64,000 nt of DNA, from contig NC_058368.1 of NCBI RefSeq assembly GCF_018350175.1, positions 26,848,001-26,912,000 on the forward strand. Direction: 5' to 3'. The translations under genes and the position numbers were made by a program. Below, piece by piece: positions 12,687-26,838 of this stretch (the first letter of the stretch is position 1; the number at the start of each line of letters is the position of its first letter). The notes under the pieces were generated by a model. It saw only the letters and a list, made by a program, of their open reading frames with translations, was not told where the DNA came from and ran no database searches. This DNA comes from Felis catus. Its lineage: Eukaryota.

Positions 12687-15603
12687 TTTATTTGGTCACT
12701 ATATTACTATTCACAATTTAAAACTACAGTTAGACAAAGTTTAGTTTGATACTTAGCACCTCCAAAAGAATCATGTCATGAACTCTCATCTGATTTACAA
12801 ACGTGATTCCTCTTCTTAATAAAATGACAACCAGTATTTCATATGTGCAGTTAGTAGCAGAGCTTAGATTGAAAACTAAACTTACTAAAAATAAAAATCA
12901 TCATTGTGGTTTTACCCTCAAAGTACCAGAAACCTATACATAAATGCTTGAGAGTGACAAAGATCTTATAGAAACAGTAAGACACAATTATTTAACAACC
13001 TAGTCATTCTGTCTCTGAGTTAATCAAAACTTTTTCACTCAGTAAAACAGCAAGGAGACTTTTCATTAAATACTTTGGAACAGATAATCCAAAGTCATAG
13101 TCAAATATAATTTTATTTTGTTTTAGAATATTTTGGTACATAAAGTGAAATATGGTCACCTAATCCTCTTGTAAATTTATAAACTTCAAACAAAATAATG
13201 CATAGTGAAGAACTGGAAAATGATCAACCTTTCTTAATGTGTGAAATTATTCTTAATCTTCATTGTTATCATTAAACAAAAGTATTTTTCCTGAGTTTGA
13301 AATTGTTATCCTATGTTTAATGCCTTCCCTGAACTGGAAGAGACGAGGTATTTAAATTTTACACTGTCTTATGAGTTGCATAGAAGAATTCAACTGAACA
13401 AGGTATCAGGTTGTGACGACTTAACAACACATATCTCAGTATTGCAATTGCTGGTTTATTGACTGCCACCTTTCAGTAGATATTAAACCTCCTAAAAGCT
13501 ACAAGTGTATTTTTTTTAACCTATCCTAGTACCTCAACAAAATTTTGACTGAATGTATGAATGGATGATATTAACAGAACGTTGAAAATAAAAATTTAAC
13601 TTAGATAGCTTTGATTAACTGTAAAATCTAAAATGAGATTTGAAGTCCTAAGATGTGGGTTCAAGTCCTGCTTTATCACAAAGTATATGATTTTAAACCT
13701 CAATGAGACTTAAGTTTCCTCATCTGAATAAAAAGAATAACAACTGGCCTATGTATTTCAGAATAGCTGTCAAGATAAAATGAGGTAACGTATATAAAAG
13801 CCCTTTGTAAATACCCAACAAATGTAATTTTCCATTATTCTACTACCTGTTCATATAAGACACATATGAATAAAATAAAAAAGTTGAAGATGCAATGAAC
13901 TACTCACTTTAAAAATACACGCCATATATACCATTTTGCCCCATGTACACATAGCTTGACTCCTCTCTTCAGCCTACAAATATATTTAAAACTCCTGATC
14001 AAAAGAAAAAAAATACCCCTTCCTTTGAGATACACAGCCCCCAGTGCTTTCTCTTCTCTAGTAAATACTATCAAAGAAGAGTGGACACCTACGCATCCTC
14101 TTCCACAGTGTCCTGAAATCCGACTCTGCCACCATTGCCTACAGAACAGCTTCAATATGGTTAATCCACTGGTTTCTTCTCAGTTCTCATTTTATTCCAT
14201 CTCTGAAAATTTCTTGTACGCTGTGTCTCTGAAAATTCTGAGTTCCTCTCACATCCACACTGGCTTCTTTCTTCAAAATGGGAATACTCTGGTTTTCTTC
14301 CCTTATTTCTAATTATTAATCTTTTTTTTTTTTAATGGTTCAGCTTCTTGATTCTTCAAACCCAGGTGTTGTATGAAGTTTCACCCTCAAACCTCCTTTT
14401 CACTCATCCTGTAATTCTGCCTAGATGATTCAGTCTACTCCAATGGCCTCAGGCCTCATTTCTGCATAGCCAACTTCTAAAGCTCTATCTTTCTCCCAGC
14501 TCCCACCAATGTGACAGGGCTGTATTTCTAGTCATTGACCAAATATTTCCATCTGGATACACTTTAGTCTGCGTGTCAAACTCATTATCCTTCTCCCTTT
14601 TCCCAAACTTCTTTCTTCCTCTTGTTGCCACTCTTGGTAGTCAACCAAGCAGAAATCTTGGAGTCATCAATGACTTCCCCACTCTTCCTCAGCTGTCCTC
14701 TTCATTATCTATTAAGAGGATCTACTGATTCTATATCTGAAACGTCTCGCCATCTATTCTCCTCCATCTTAATTTCCATGGTCTTCATTTAGCCTTCATT
14801 ATTTCTTTTTTAAAGTATTTTGCCTCTTAACTAATTTTCTCTGGCCTGGTCTCTTGCAATTTAAATCCATCCTGTTACAGATGTCGAGAAAATAAAAACA
14901 CTCCCCTACTTTTTATGCCTACTCTTTAACTGAAAAATCAACTCTAAACTCTCTGACATGGCATGTGAGACCTTAACTAATCTCTTTCCAACCTGTTTTT
15001 CCAGTAACTCCTGCCTACACACTTCTCTCTCTAGAACATGTTACACACTCAATTTCATGCCCTAGTTCATGGTGTTCCCTCTACCTGTTATGGTTGTTCT
15101 TCATTTGTCAAAAGCCTGTACATCTTTTGGGCCCATGTGATATATCATTTTCTATATAGCACTTTCCCTATCCTGCCTTCCAGAGAGAATTAATCCTCTC
15201 TTCTTCAGTACTCTTCCACGGCTATCAAAATTAAATTTAAGTATTATAAGTGTTTATCTCCTCCATTGCATTAGACTCAAGGGGAAAAATTATTACTTAT
15301 TTTGACTCACCTATGCTTCATCAATGCCTGACAAAGAGGGTACCCAATAAATACTGAAATGAACAGACCTATTCCTGATTCATGCAACACAGAAAATAGA
15401 CCACACTTTACGAATAATCCTCATCTAGATTTTGTTAGAATCAAATAAAAATCATTTGGTTTTGGATAATAGTGAAAATATACCTAAAGATGAATTATCC
15501 ATTATAATCCTTTTGGTTTTAAGTAAATCAAACAGCTAAATTTGTCTCTTGTCGTTGGTTTAGGAGGAGGCAGGAAACAGTTGTGTAAAAATCCAGTCAA
15601 TAT
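12687..15603 (-). other. LACC1: Probable LACC1 non-coding terminal (3' UTR) exon; 3' end uncertain
   Basis: donor TGAG|GTACAG 1 nt after the stop; acceptor tgtatttttacag|ATATTGACTGGATTTT with exon start at 15603; minus-strand AATAAA candidates at 13112-13117 and 12687-12692. Confidence 0.5.
14300..15360 (-). mobile_element. Ancient L2 remnant (within the probable LACC1 3' UTR exon)
   Basis: L2-like motifs (aaatcttggagtcatc, ctcattatccttctccc, caatgcctgacaaagagggtacccaataaatactgaaatgaa). Confidence 0.55.
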
Positions 15604-16592
15604 CTGTAAAAATACATTGAAATCAAATAAGAGACCCTTACTAATGCTATTATAATATCAAGGTAAAAATCACTAAGTATGCTAAAGTCTTTTGTATATT
15701 AAAGAGTTAAAGACATTGTGAAGATTAAAAATAATATTAATTCAGTTAAAAGGAAACTTAAGGAAAATTAGATATGTGCTAAAGGGTCAGGACTAAATCG
15801 CTGTCATGAAATATTTTTTTATAACTCTGAGAAAATTATCTGAAATAAATACTAACTTAATGAAATTATATTCTGTCTCGCTCTATGACTATAGATCAGG
15901 TATCAGCAAATTATAGCCTGTGGGCTAAACCTGCCTGGCGCCTCACCTGTTTTTTTCATAAAGACAGTTTTATTGAAATACAGTCGTACTCTTTTGTTTC
16001 TGTGTCTTTCCTGTCTGCTTTTGCTGTACAATGGCAAAGCTGAGTAGAGATAGAAACTGCACATACTACAAAGTCTATTTATTATTTATCCTTTAAAGAA
16101 AACTAGCAAATTCCTGCTATAATCAGTTGGAAATCTAGTTGAAAACCAAGCCAGTTTGTGTATGTGAGGATTCTTTATTATTCTAGAATTTAGAATCTTT
16201 ATGCAAAGATTTCTCAAAAATCAAAAGAATAAAAAAAAGAAAGGTATGAGGATGTTATGATAGGAAGTATACTGATATGAAGTACAAAGAAGATAAATGG
16301 TATTCATATCGGATTTTTTAAAAAGAATAAATGATTTAATTTTATACTTATATGCTAGACTGATTATTCTTCATTAACTAGGAAAAGGAGTGGCTATTCT
16401 TTATATTATAGCATGTCACTAAAATTAACTTTTCTACCTCTATTGCTTCAATAAAAAGTAGAAACTTAATTCTTCCTACAAGAATAAAGGGGTAAAGTTA
16501 AATATGATTAATTATTTTTAAAAATGAGGGGAGGGAAAGGTGGAAAGAGGAAGAAGGAGAGAAGGGAAAGACGAGAGAGAACCTACTGTACC

Positions 16593-16769
<177 letters not shown>

Positions 16770-16813
16770 TTAAAAGATAGCAAGAGTTTATTTTACCAAT
16801 AGACAAAGCAGTA

Positions 16814-16814
<1 letters not shown>

Positions 16815-16856
<42 letters not shown>
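16815..16856. repeat. (TG)n microsatellite about 60 bp upstream of the LACC1 last coding exon acceptor
   Basis: direct reading. Confidence 0.95.
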
Positions 16857-16859
<3 letters not shown>

Positions 16860-17831
16860 TGGATATTGGTATAAAAGAATTCTGGGAAAGATCTGCTTAA
16901 AACCATGCAAGTTGATTTTCAGATACAAAACATGAACAAGTCCAGGAAATGATAGATTTTATCACCATTCATCACTTAAATTCATATATAAACTGTAAAA
17001 CCTTCCATATTGTTCTGCAGACATGACCTGGGAATTTTATAATCAAAATCAAGTACTTATTCAGAAGAAACTTCTAAAGTTACCAGGGTATTGGCAGACA
17101 AGATTCATTTGATTCAGAACATGCTTTTTAGTCATTTGGCCCTCCCTTCTCCTGTCCTCCTCTTAACCAGATTTTTCACAGAGAAGTTGTTTCTTCATAA
17201 ACACTTTATGATATGAAATATGACTATAAATTAGTGACACTAATTCCACAAGTCACATTTAAGAATCAATTTCAATCCTTTCTACTTATGTGCTAAATGA
17301 AGCAGAATCTCAGCAAGGTTTTGTTGGCTGGAACAGAAACACAATTCAAATCAGACAATTTTCCTTTATAGGAATGATAATGGGTATTAACAGCAACACT
17401 TTGTAACTCAAAATTGTAAGGGGCCATAAAAACCTTGAAAGTGACTATGTGCTTATATTACCTAACATTTTTTCTAAGAAATATATTCCTCTAGTTATAG
17501 AATAAAATAATTTTAAAATATCAGCTTTCTGATAGTTTATTGTATTTAGGACATTTTAGCTGAGGAATGTCTATTAAGTACATGGCAACTTTTCTACATG
17601 AAGTCTAAGTAGGTCTCTCAAAACTACATGGTAAATATATCCTCCTTCACTTTTAAATCAGTAAGAGGTACCAGACAAGAAAATTTCATTATTCAAACTT
17701 AAATGACAATGTATTTCATAATTAAAATAAGTTTTTATATATATGTGTATGTCAGCTACTTAAATACCTGCCACCTGAATTTTTCTTGCAGTTACTAATT
17801 GTTGTCTAAAGTACTTTTCATTTTAGAAACA

Positions 17832-18020
17832 GGGGCAGCTGGGTGGTTCAGTCAGTTGAGCATCCGACTTGGGCTCAGGTCATGATCTCATGGTTCATGA
17901 GTTTGAGCCCCACACTGGGCTCACTACTCTCAGCACAGAACCCAATGTCCTCCTCTCTCTGGCCTTCCCCTGTTCGTGCATTCTCTCTCTCTCTCTCTCA
18001 AAAATAAATAAATATTTAAA
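17832..18020 (+). mobile_element. CAN-SINE in a LACC1 intron
   Basis: head, ctcaggtcatgatctca, (CT)n, aaaataaataaa tail. Confidence 0.87.
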
Positions 18021-18140
18021 AATAAAATAAAATAAAATACACTGAGGCACTCATGCCATAGAGACTGTATATTAAAAAAAAAGAGAGAGAAACAATAAGC
18101 AATAACCAAACTTGCAGTTCTGTAATGAAGTCAAACCTAC

Positions 18141-18366
18141 CTAGTGGCTTTACGAATGTCAACACAGGGATTTGGTGAATCAAATAACCGTACACATTCA
18201 GGATCAAGATTATGAAATTCCTTTGCTGATTCCCTTGGCAGAGTAAAACAGCAAGGTCCTACTGAAGGTCCCAGTACAACAATAATGTCTTCCAAACTAC
18301 AGCCGTATTCTGTGATCAGAGCATGCACTGTAGCCATAGCAACACCTAACAAAGTACCTCTCCAAC
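18141..18366 (-). CDS. LACC1: LACC1 coding exon 4
   Basis: acceptor tttaccag|[49 protein letters not shown]...DIRKATR; donor AG|GTAGGT; 226 nt, phase 2. Confidence 0.96.
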
Positions 18367-18689
18367 CTGGTAAATAGGAAGAAAAAAAGATAAGGGAAGT
18401 TAAAATGTAACATTGCACCTTAATTTCTATCTAACTTAAAAATGAACAGTTTGTGTATTTTTCAAACTCCAGAAACAGCAAATAAATCACAAAATTAAGC
18501 TAAATAATCAATTAACTAAAATACTGGTTTTTAAATACGGTATGTTATATAAAGCACCTGACATAGAAAACATATTTAATGGGAGGTCCCTTCCACTTTC
18601 TTTAAAAATATTCTACAGCTTCAGTTTCCACTGGGATTATATATAACTTGTTAGTATTCTCTCTCCTTCACTTTTTTCAAATTTTTTTA

Positions 18690-20110
18690 AATTGTGGGAA
18701 AAAATATGTAAAATAAAATTTACCATTTTAACTCTTTAAGTGTATACTTCAGTAGTGTTAAATACGTTCATCTTGCAAAACTGAAACTCTATACCCATTA
18801 AATAACAACTCCCCCTCACCACTTTCCCCTCGCCCTGGTACCCACCATTCTACTTTCTATGAATTCGCCGACTATGGATAAGCCATGTAAGTGGAATCTT
18901 AAAAGTGTCTCTTTGTGACTGACTTATTACACTTAGCATAATGTCCTCAAACCCCTCATTCGGGTGTCAGGATTTTCTTCCTTTTTAATGCTAAATAATA
19001 TTCCATTGTCTGTATATATCACATTGTGTTTATCTATTCATCCATCTGTGGACTCTTGGATTGCTTCCACCTCTTTGCCATTGTGAATCATTCTGCCATG
19101 AGTATGGGTGTGCAAGTATCTTGTCAAGATCCTGCTTTCAATTCTTTTGGATATACCCAGAAGTACTGGATACCAGGACTTCTACCTAGAAGTAGAATTG
19201 CTGGATCATATGGTAATTCTATTTAAAAATTTCTGAGGAACCATCACATTATTTTCTATAGCAGCTGCACCATTTTACATTCCCACTATTCCCACCAATA
19301 GTACATCAGGGTTCCAGTTTCTCCACATCCTTACCAAAATTTGTTATTTTCATTTGTTTTTAATATTAGCTTTCCTAATGAGTGTGAGGTGGTATCTCAT
19401 CGTAGTTTTGATTTGCATTTCCCTAATTATTAGTGACATTAAGCATATTTCACATGCTTGTTGGCCATTTGCTTATCATATTTGGAGAAATGTCTAGTCA
19501 AGTCCTTTGCCTATTTTTCTGGGTTGTTTTTTTGTTGTTGAATTATAGGAGTTCTTTATACATTCTGGACATTAATCCCTTTTCGGTTATGTGAATTGCA
19601 AATATTTTCTCCCATTCTATGGTTTGCCTTTTAACTGTGTTGATGCTCAGTTTGTAATTCTGATGAAATCCAATTTATCTATTCATACTTCTGTTCCTTG
19701 TGCTTTCGGTAATCACATCTATAAAACCACTGCCTCATCCAAGTTCATAAGGATTTACACTGTTTTCTTTGATGAATTTTATAGATTTAGGTCTTACATG
19801 TAGGTCTTTAACTCAATTTGAGTTAATTTTTATATATGATGTGAGATAAGGCTCTAATATCATTCTTTTCTATGTGAATATCCAGTTTTCTCAGCACTAT
19901 TTGTTGAAGAGACTATCCTTTCCCCACTGTATAGTCTAGGCACCTTGTTAAAAATCTTTTGACCATATGCAAGGGTTTATTTCTGGGACCTCTGCTCTGT
20001 TCCATTGGTCGATATGTCTGTCTTATGCCAGTACCATACTGTTTTGATTACTGTGGCTTTATAATAAGTTTTGAAATCAGAGAGTGTCAGACCTCTGACT
20101 TTGTTCAAGA
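18690..20110 (-). mobile_element. Older L1M-type 3' portion in a LACC1 intron
   Basis: L1 3' motifs in antisense (gtagaattgctggatcatatggtaattctat; gtgaggtggtatctcat; ccagttttctcagcac). Confidence 0.85.
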
Positions 20111-20224
20111 GTGTTTCATTTTGACAGCTTTAATCTTTGATATTTAAAAATAATGTTTCAAAACCTAAGTAGTAACAAATAAGATTTTTTTATATCCAGG
20201 AACTAACTCAAACGTTAAATAACA

Positions 20225-20449
20225 GGGGCGCCTGGGTGGCGCAGTTGGTTAAGCGCCCGACTTCAGCCAGGTCACGATCTTGCGGTCCGGGAGTTCGAGC
20301 CCCGCGTCAGGCTCTGGGCTGATGGCTCGGAGCCTGGAGCCTGTTTCCGATTCTGTGTCTCCCTCCCTCTCTGCCCCTCCCCCGTTCATGCTCTGTCTCT
20401 CTCTGTCCCAAAAATAAATAAACGTTGAAAAAAAAAATTAAAAAAAAAA
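20225..20449 (+). mobile_element. Young CAN-SINE (SINEC_Fc-like), CpGs retained
   Basis: near-consensus body; perfect 15-bp TSD aaacgttaaataaca at 20210-20224 and 20450-20464. Confidence 0.95.
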
Positions 20450-21358
20450 AAACGTTAAATAACATTTTGATAATGGCAAATCAAAATTTGACTTCTAGTC
20501 ATCCAATCCCATAACTCTAGCTAGATCAAAAGAAAAATATGCCATTTTCTTATTTATCTTTTGTCTAAAAAGCAAAGTAGTCCTAGATTTACAAGCAGAA
20601 GGAAATCTGAAAGATCATCCCTTATTTCACATAGAGTAGTACCCACAGGATAATTTAAATAGCATTTTAAAATACCTTTAGAAAACAAAATTCCATAACC
20701 TTAACACAGCATCTAAAAATCCTTTGTTCTTATCTTTAGATAATAAAGGCACTAGACTATAATGTATTAAACTAAACGACTTTTTCCAAACATATCTTGC
20801 TTTTTCTTACCTCCATACCTTTTACACATGCTGTTGTACCTTCCCCTTCATGAATACCTTTCTGCAACATGCTTAACCTTCCTATTCCCCATTGCGTGGA
20901 CTTCGAGGGTTCTCAATCAGAGGCAGTACCACTCCCTTTGGAATGTTCTGAAAAGCATGAAGGCTTTCTTTTTGTTGCTGCTTTTCTTACAACAACTGGG
21001 GGGGGGGGGGGAGGGGTGCTACTGGCATTAAGAATTTTGGAAGCCAAGCAAACTGCAATATAAGATTATCTTGCTCAAAATGTTAACATTTTGGCACCCC
21101 TGCTGAGATACATTGGTACCTACTCAGGTCCTGCAAATTCCTCAGAAATCAGCCTGGTTACTGCTTCCTTTGGGAATTCTACTCTGATTCATATAATTTG
21201 ACTTAGGTACTGCCCTCACCTGTTCCTATAATAAGAGTATGCTGGTTCTACCCCTTTATACTTAATACCATGTAATTAACTGTCTTATAATGCGCACCGT
21301 AAAGAAATTATAATTTTGCCTATACTACAAAATTGGTAAAACCTTAAATGCTTCATTA

Positions 21359-21535
<177 letters not shown>

Positions 21536-22251
21536 CTAATACCAAAGATGTGTGATAAAAATATTTTGAAAGGAGGATTTCTCATACCATAAGCTTTTCT
21601 GAAAATACTCTTTTTGTACAAAATTAAACAATCAGTTTAATATTACCAGCAAGCATTAAGTATATCGCTTCTGTATGTGGTGAAATACCAAATTTACTTA
21701 TCACTTAACTTTTGGTATTATAATCTCTGCATATTTTAGTCAAAGGAAAACACACTTTAACACTTAAAAATTTAATACAGTATATCACAAACATCTCCTA
21801 CTAGAGATGAGTAAATCTCTACTTGCAGCAGTTTCCAAAGAGTATTATTTAAGGAAAGAAGTTAATTACCAAATCAATGACATTTTTACTTTTCCTGATT
21901 CAAATAAACCTAGCATCTGTAAGGAACAAGGCATCCATTGTGACCCTAGTTCCTCCTAATGTTGATTTAGAAAATAATAGCCTTTTTCTCCCATCATTCT
22001 GGAATCTTCCTTCTGAATCAAAAAGGGCAGTGATACCATACCCTGAGAATTAAAAGTACTTTTAGACATGAGTAGCTTCAGGTGAAATCTATCACAGAAT
22101 TGATATTTAAGCTATAGAGTACAGATCTAAGAAAAACAACCATAAGCATTATCCTAACATTTTCAGTCAAACACCAGATGCAGAAGTTAAACAGCTTGAT
22201 TAAAGTCCATGAAGTCATTAGCAGAGTTAAGAATATACTTTGCATCTTCTA

Positions 22252-22485
<234 letters not shown>

Positions 22486-23107
22486 CTATACAACGACTAT
22501 AGAGCATTACCAACCCAGTCTCACAGTAAGACTTTCCCTGATCACCTCAAGCTGCTTCCAATTTCTGCTTTCTGGCTTCCAATTTCTACAGCACTGTGTA
22601 CCTCCATGTATTCTTGTTATACACGATTTGTGTTTGCTCTACCTTCCCCATGGGACTATTGCTTTTCGAAGGGTATCTTCTGTCCCATCTGTCTTTGGTA
22701 TTCCTCATAGCATACAGCTCACAGTAAGTATCATTTAACCAAGAGTAAGATGGACTCTTAAATTTCATTCTTCTGTCGAAACGCCAATGAGTTAAGGTTC
22801 CAGAATTTCTAAATAGGAGATGCTTAGGGTCATAAATCTCATTTTAAAGGAAGGCTGGGGGATTTGTCTTAAAGCTGAATTTGCACAAAGCAAATTTATC
22901 TATTTAGGGTGGCTCTGAAGGGACTGTCCCTCGACACTGCTGACGCTACAAGGCCATCCCTGATACTCCCATGTTGCAGCTGATGCCAATGAGCTTATAA
23001 ACCCTACAGTCTACAAAAGAGAGGAGGGGGAAAAAGGTGACCAGCCTCTAAAGAAAGACTGTTTTTTTTTCATGTATACAGTAAGAACAACACAGTGTTT
23101 AATATAC

Positions 23108-23666
23108 CTGAGATTAATGGAGATGTGATAATGGTTAATTCTCCTTTCAGAGCTGGCAGACTTCTCAAATATGTTTTTATTTCATTCTGGATTGCTTCTT
23201 GTTCTTGATCTGTGATCATGTTTATTTCAGTGGACTGTTTCACAAGACCTCCCCTCAGAGTCACCTGTAAATCTTCAAACTCAAAATTGTAAACGTTGGT
23301 GAAGAGTTGATCAATAAAAGCTTTCAGCAATGTCTTCCGGTGCTTGGGTACAATTACCTTAATGCTGCTCAAGTTTTTTTCATCAATTTTTTGTTTAATG
23401 GTATACAAAGAGGCAGCCATACTAGGATGGCTAACAGTCTCAAACTCTCTCAAGAGAGCTGATAATCCATTGCTTGCTTCCAGTTCAAAGTTATGTTCCC
23501 CATCCCTTTCACAGCTGATGCTATTACAACACATTATGCAAAGAAACTTGGCCTTGGCAGCATGATGGTATCGGACAGCATTCAGTGTCTTCAGTAATAC
23601 CTGGTGACTGTTTTTCTGAGAGTTAAATTTCAAACTGAAGAAATCAATCAACACTGCTTCTGCCAT
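23108..23666 (-). CDS. LACC1: LACC1 (FAMIN, purine nucleoside enzyme / laccase domain-containing 1) first coding exon
   Basis: ATG at 23666 in strong Kozak context (AGGATGG); translates [18 protein letters not shown]...TIITSPLIS, matching the recalled LACC1 N-terminus; donor CAG|GTATAT after 23108 (559 nt, phase 1); acceptor candidate ttctttatag| with exon start at 23720. Confidence 0.96.
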
Positions 23667-23976
23667 CCTTCAATAGGGTACGCAGCCCTTCAAACACTTC
23701 TGTGCCTCCTAAGAAATCACCTATAAAGAAAAATTGGCCTAAGAATGCAAAATTATATCAACCTTCTTATAGTTACAACAGAAATTTGTGCCTACATCAA
23801 AAAAAAAAAAAAACAAAAAAAGGTTCACGGATCTAAAAATGTAGTAAAATAGTAAATCTAGACTTCTCCCATTAAAGCCAGTCCACTATCTGTCCTACGT
23901 GAACCATGAGAGGAGAACCATCTTTTAATTTGTTTTGTGAACGTATTTGTACATCTTTTCAGCAGGACTACAGTTC

Positions 23977-24016
<40 letters not shown>

Positions 24017-24299
24017 ACACAGCAAGTTTTAAGTAGGGAATTACTTGTTGACCTAGACGAAGTCTTGTTTCTTAATTACAGGGTGTCAGTTTATGTTATG
24101 TACATCATTAATCTTGATGTGACTGGCATATTAGGTCACACCTCTTCATATGACACATTGGGGCCTTAAATTCAACAGATTAAATGGAGCTGCACTAAAA
24201 TTCACGCTTTTAAGGGGATAAAAGCTGAGACGATCCAGGATTTACAAAGCACTCCAAGTAGGGCAATGGGCACAAAGACTACCACGATTTGGATCAGAT

Positions 24300-25560
24300 G
24301 CGCTGCCTACCCTCTTGCTGACTCAGGGCCCAGGCCCCGCCCAGAGTGGATCTTCACCCCTCCAGCCCCAGCACTCCCACCCCAGGGCCTCCGCTTTCTC
24401 TTCAGGGGCCGCTCCCAACCTCCACTCCATACCGTACTGGGCTCCCGCTGAAGTTCACCTCGCCAGTTTTGAAAAACATTGAGAGAAGCTGGGAGGGTGA
24501 CGGCCTCCTTCCCCTCTGCCTTGGGAAATGCCGCAAAAAGCGTCTGTCCCGGCCCGGTCCCACGCTCGGTCTCCACCTGCCCGAGCTCCACCACCGCCTC
24601 TTCCCCGCCCCTTTGGCACTTCCTGACATACGGACGTGCACCGTAGGCAGTTTTCCCCTTGCCGCCTGCCCACGCTCCGCTTAGACCTATACTCCCAGTC
24701 TGCTGCGAGCTCGGAAGCGCCCGGCAGCCACCGCCACCACCCCAGCCCCGAGCCAGGATGGAACCCGGAAGCCGCGAGCTGGGCACCTGGAATCCTAAGC
24801 CCCGCCCCGCGGCCCCGCCCACTGCGGCGCCCGCCCCACCTCACCCACCTCACGGCCTACCAGCCGCGGGGTGGCGTGCCGGCTTTGCGTGGACTCGACG
24901 GCCGGGGGGTCCCGCTGTCGCAGAGGCCCGGGCCCGGCCAGGCCGGCGAGCGGCACGGGGGCACGAGCGAGTTCGAGGGAGAGGGCTGGGCACCGAGCGG
25001 CCAGGCGGGCCGAGCCCCGGCGCGGGGAAAGTCCGGGAAGAGCCGAGAACTGGCCCCCGCGGCCACCTCAGTAGTTCCGGGTCAGCGCGGCCCGTCGAGG
25101 CCGTCCTCCGCCGCCCTGTCTAGGCAAGAGAAACAGGAACCGGGGCTCTTTGGCCGGAGCCAGGCGGGTCAGCGGGCGGGGGCCAGGGCGGCGGGCCGTG
25201 AGGGGGAGCGGGCGGGCAGCCAGACTGGAGGGCCCGTGCGAGGAGCTGGCCGGCGGGAGGCCAGACCCTTGAGGGGAGCGGGGCGGCTGGTCAATTTGAA
25301 GGCCCGTGAGGGGAGCGGGTTGGCGGGGAGGAGGAGGGTCCGCGAAGGGGCGGGCTGGCGGGCTGGCCCCTGTGCGGGGTAAGGCGGGAGAACGTCGTGG
25401 GGAACCAATCGCAGACGCCGTTCTGTGAATGGATTCCGTCTCCGGGAGTGGGCTTCCCCAAATCGGCACCCCGCTCCGGCCCAAGCAGTCCCGGACCAGC
25501 TGTGTGAGCCAGAGTTTTGGTTTCATTCCTAGAGCCCAACCCTGAGAACCTCCTATGGTT
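24300..25560. promoter_or_regulatory. CpG island / bidirectional promoter of LACC1 (-) and CCDC122 (+), including their non-coding first exons
   Basis: Abrupt GC- and CpG-rich block in an AT-rich background between two divergent genes; several GC boxes (GGGCGG/CCGCCC), CCAAT at 25405; candidate donors GG|GTAAGG at 25378/25379 (+) and CTG|GTAGGC at 24861/24860 (-). Confidence 0.88.
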
Positions 25561-25608
25561 CAAGTAATAGGCCTTCTCGGGGCGGGGATTTGGTTTGTTG
25601 TTCTTGCT

Positions 25609-25811
25609 TTTTTTTTTTTTTTTTTTTATGTTTGTTTATTTTTGAGAGACAATGCGCCAGCAGGGGAGGGGCAGAAGGGGGGGGCGGAACAGGATCCAAG
25701 GCGGGCTCTGGGCTAACAGCGGAGGGCATGATCTGGGCTGGAACTCACCAACCCGGAGAGCAAGACCTGAGCCAAGGTCAGATGCTTATCCCACGGAGCC
25801 ACCCAGGCGGC
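25609..25811 (-). mobile_element. CAN-SINE at the edge of the CpG island
   Basis: poly-T, tttatttttgagaga, ...gagccacccaggcg reverse head. Confidence 0.8.
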
Positions 25812-26619
25812 CGCTTGCTGTTGTTTTTTACAGTGTGTTGTTTGTTCCCGGAAACAACTTTGTTGAACCTTCCTTTGCCTTTTTGCTGATTCCGCCTTAC
25901 TTGCTGACGGGACCAAAACTCCATACAGCCCCTTGTACTGACTTTTTTGTATGCCCGTTTAAAAATATGAGCCCCTAGTAGAACATTAGAAGGCAGTGAC
26001 TCTTAGAAATGTAATAAATTAGCATCCCTTATCTAACCTCGAAGAGGGTGACACTCATTTAAAAATATTGAACAGCTGCTACATGGAAGGCAGATGCTAT
26101 GGTAAAGGGAGAGTCAATCCGACCTTCACAGAGTAGGAGAAAGGGTGCTTCCTGTGGAACTGGTTATGATGGAAGGAGAGGTCCCTTTTGTCTTCATTGT
26201 TGCTTAGATGATAAATGCTGAAGAAATTTAACCTGAAAGAGAGAGCCTTACATATCTGGGAGTTTAGAAGAGCATTTGGAAGTGGGCAAGTGCTTCCATT
26301 CTATTTAACTAGGTGATGGGATCACCAGCCCAGAACAGGAACTTGCTGTTTAGTATCCCTGGCAGGTGTTCTGTCCAAATTTGTATTTTCATGATTTTTG
26401 TTGGACATTTGTTAAAAACCCTGAGTGGCGGATGGTACACTTGATCAGAAGGTGCACTCTGCTCTCTGAGTTTTGTGTTAAGTATTACCTTAAGTAAAAT
26501 AGAAATCTTTGAGTTACAAAGCTGGTTTAAAACGTTTATCCCTGTTTTTATAGACAATGGTGGGAATTCATTTTCTTTTCCTGAAACAGTAGTGGCAGTA
26601 AAAAGTTTAAAAAATTTCA

Positions 26620-26838
26620 GGGGCGTGTGGGTGGCTCAGTGGGTTAAGCAGCCGACTTGGGCTCAGGTCATGATCTCCCCCTTGGAAGGTTGGAGAGTCG
26701 AGTTCCCTGCATCAGGCTCTGTGTTGACAACTCAGAGCCTGGAGCCTGCTTCAGATTGTGTGTTTCTCTCTCTCCGCCCCTCCCCTGCTCGTGCTCTGTT
26801 TCTCTCTCAAAAATAAATAAACGTTAAAAAAATTTTTT
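26620..26838 (+). mobile_element. CAN-SINE
   Basis: head gggcgtgtgggtggctcagtgggttaagc, agagcctggagcctgcttcagatt, tail. Confidence 0.87.

Noticed and set aside
23070..23107. C-terminal extension [12 protein letters not shown] of the 198-aa ORF (similar overhangs occur on other exon ORFs)
   Set aside because: Intron read-through past a canonical donor; the spliced frame gives the full LACC1 protein.
24307..25563. Cluster of long overlapping ORFs (up to 248 aa) on both strands
   Set aside because: Gly/Ala/Arg/Pro-rich frames expected from stop-codon scarcity in a CpG island; no recognisable domain.
26475..26816. Recurrent ORFs containing VAQxVKxxTxAQVMIS...QSLEPASDSV
   Set aside because: Translations of SINE consensus sequence recurring at every SINE copy, not a gene family.
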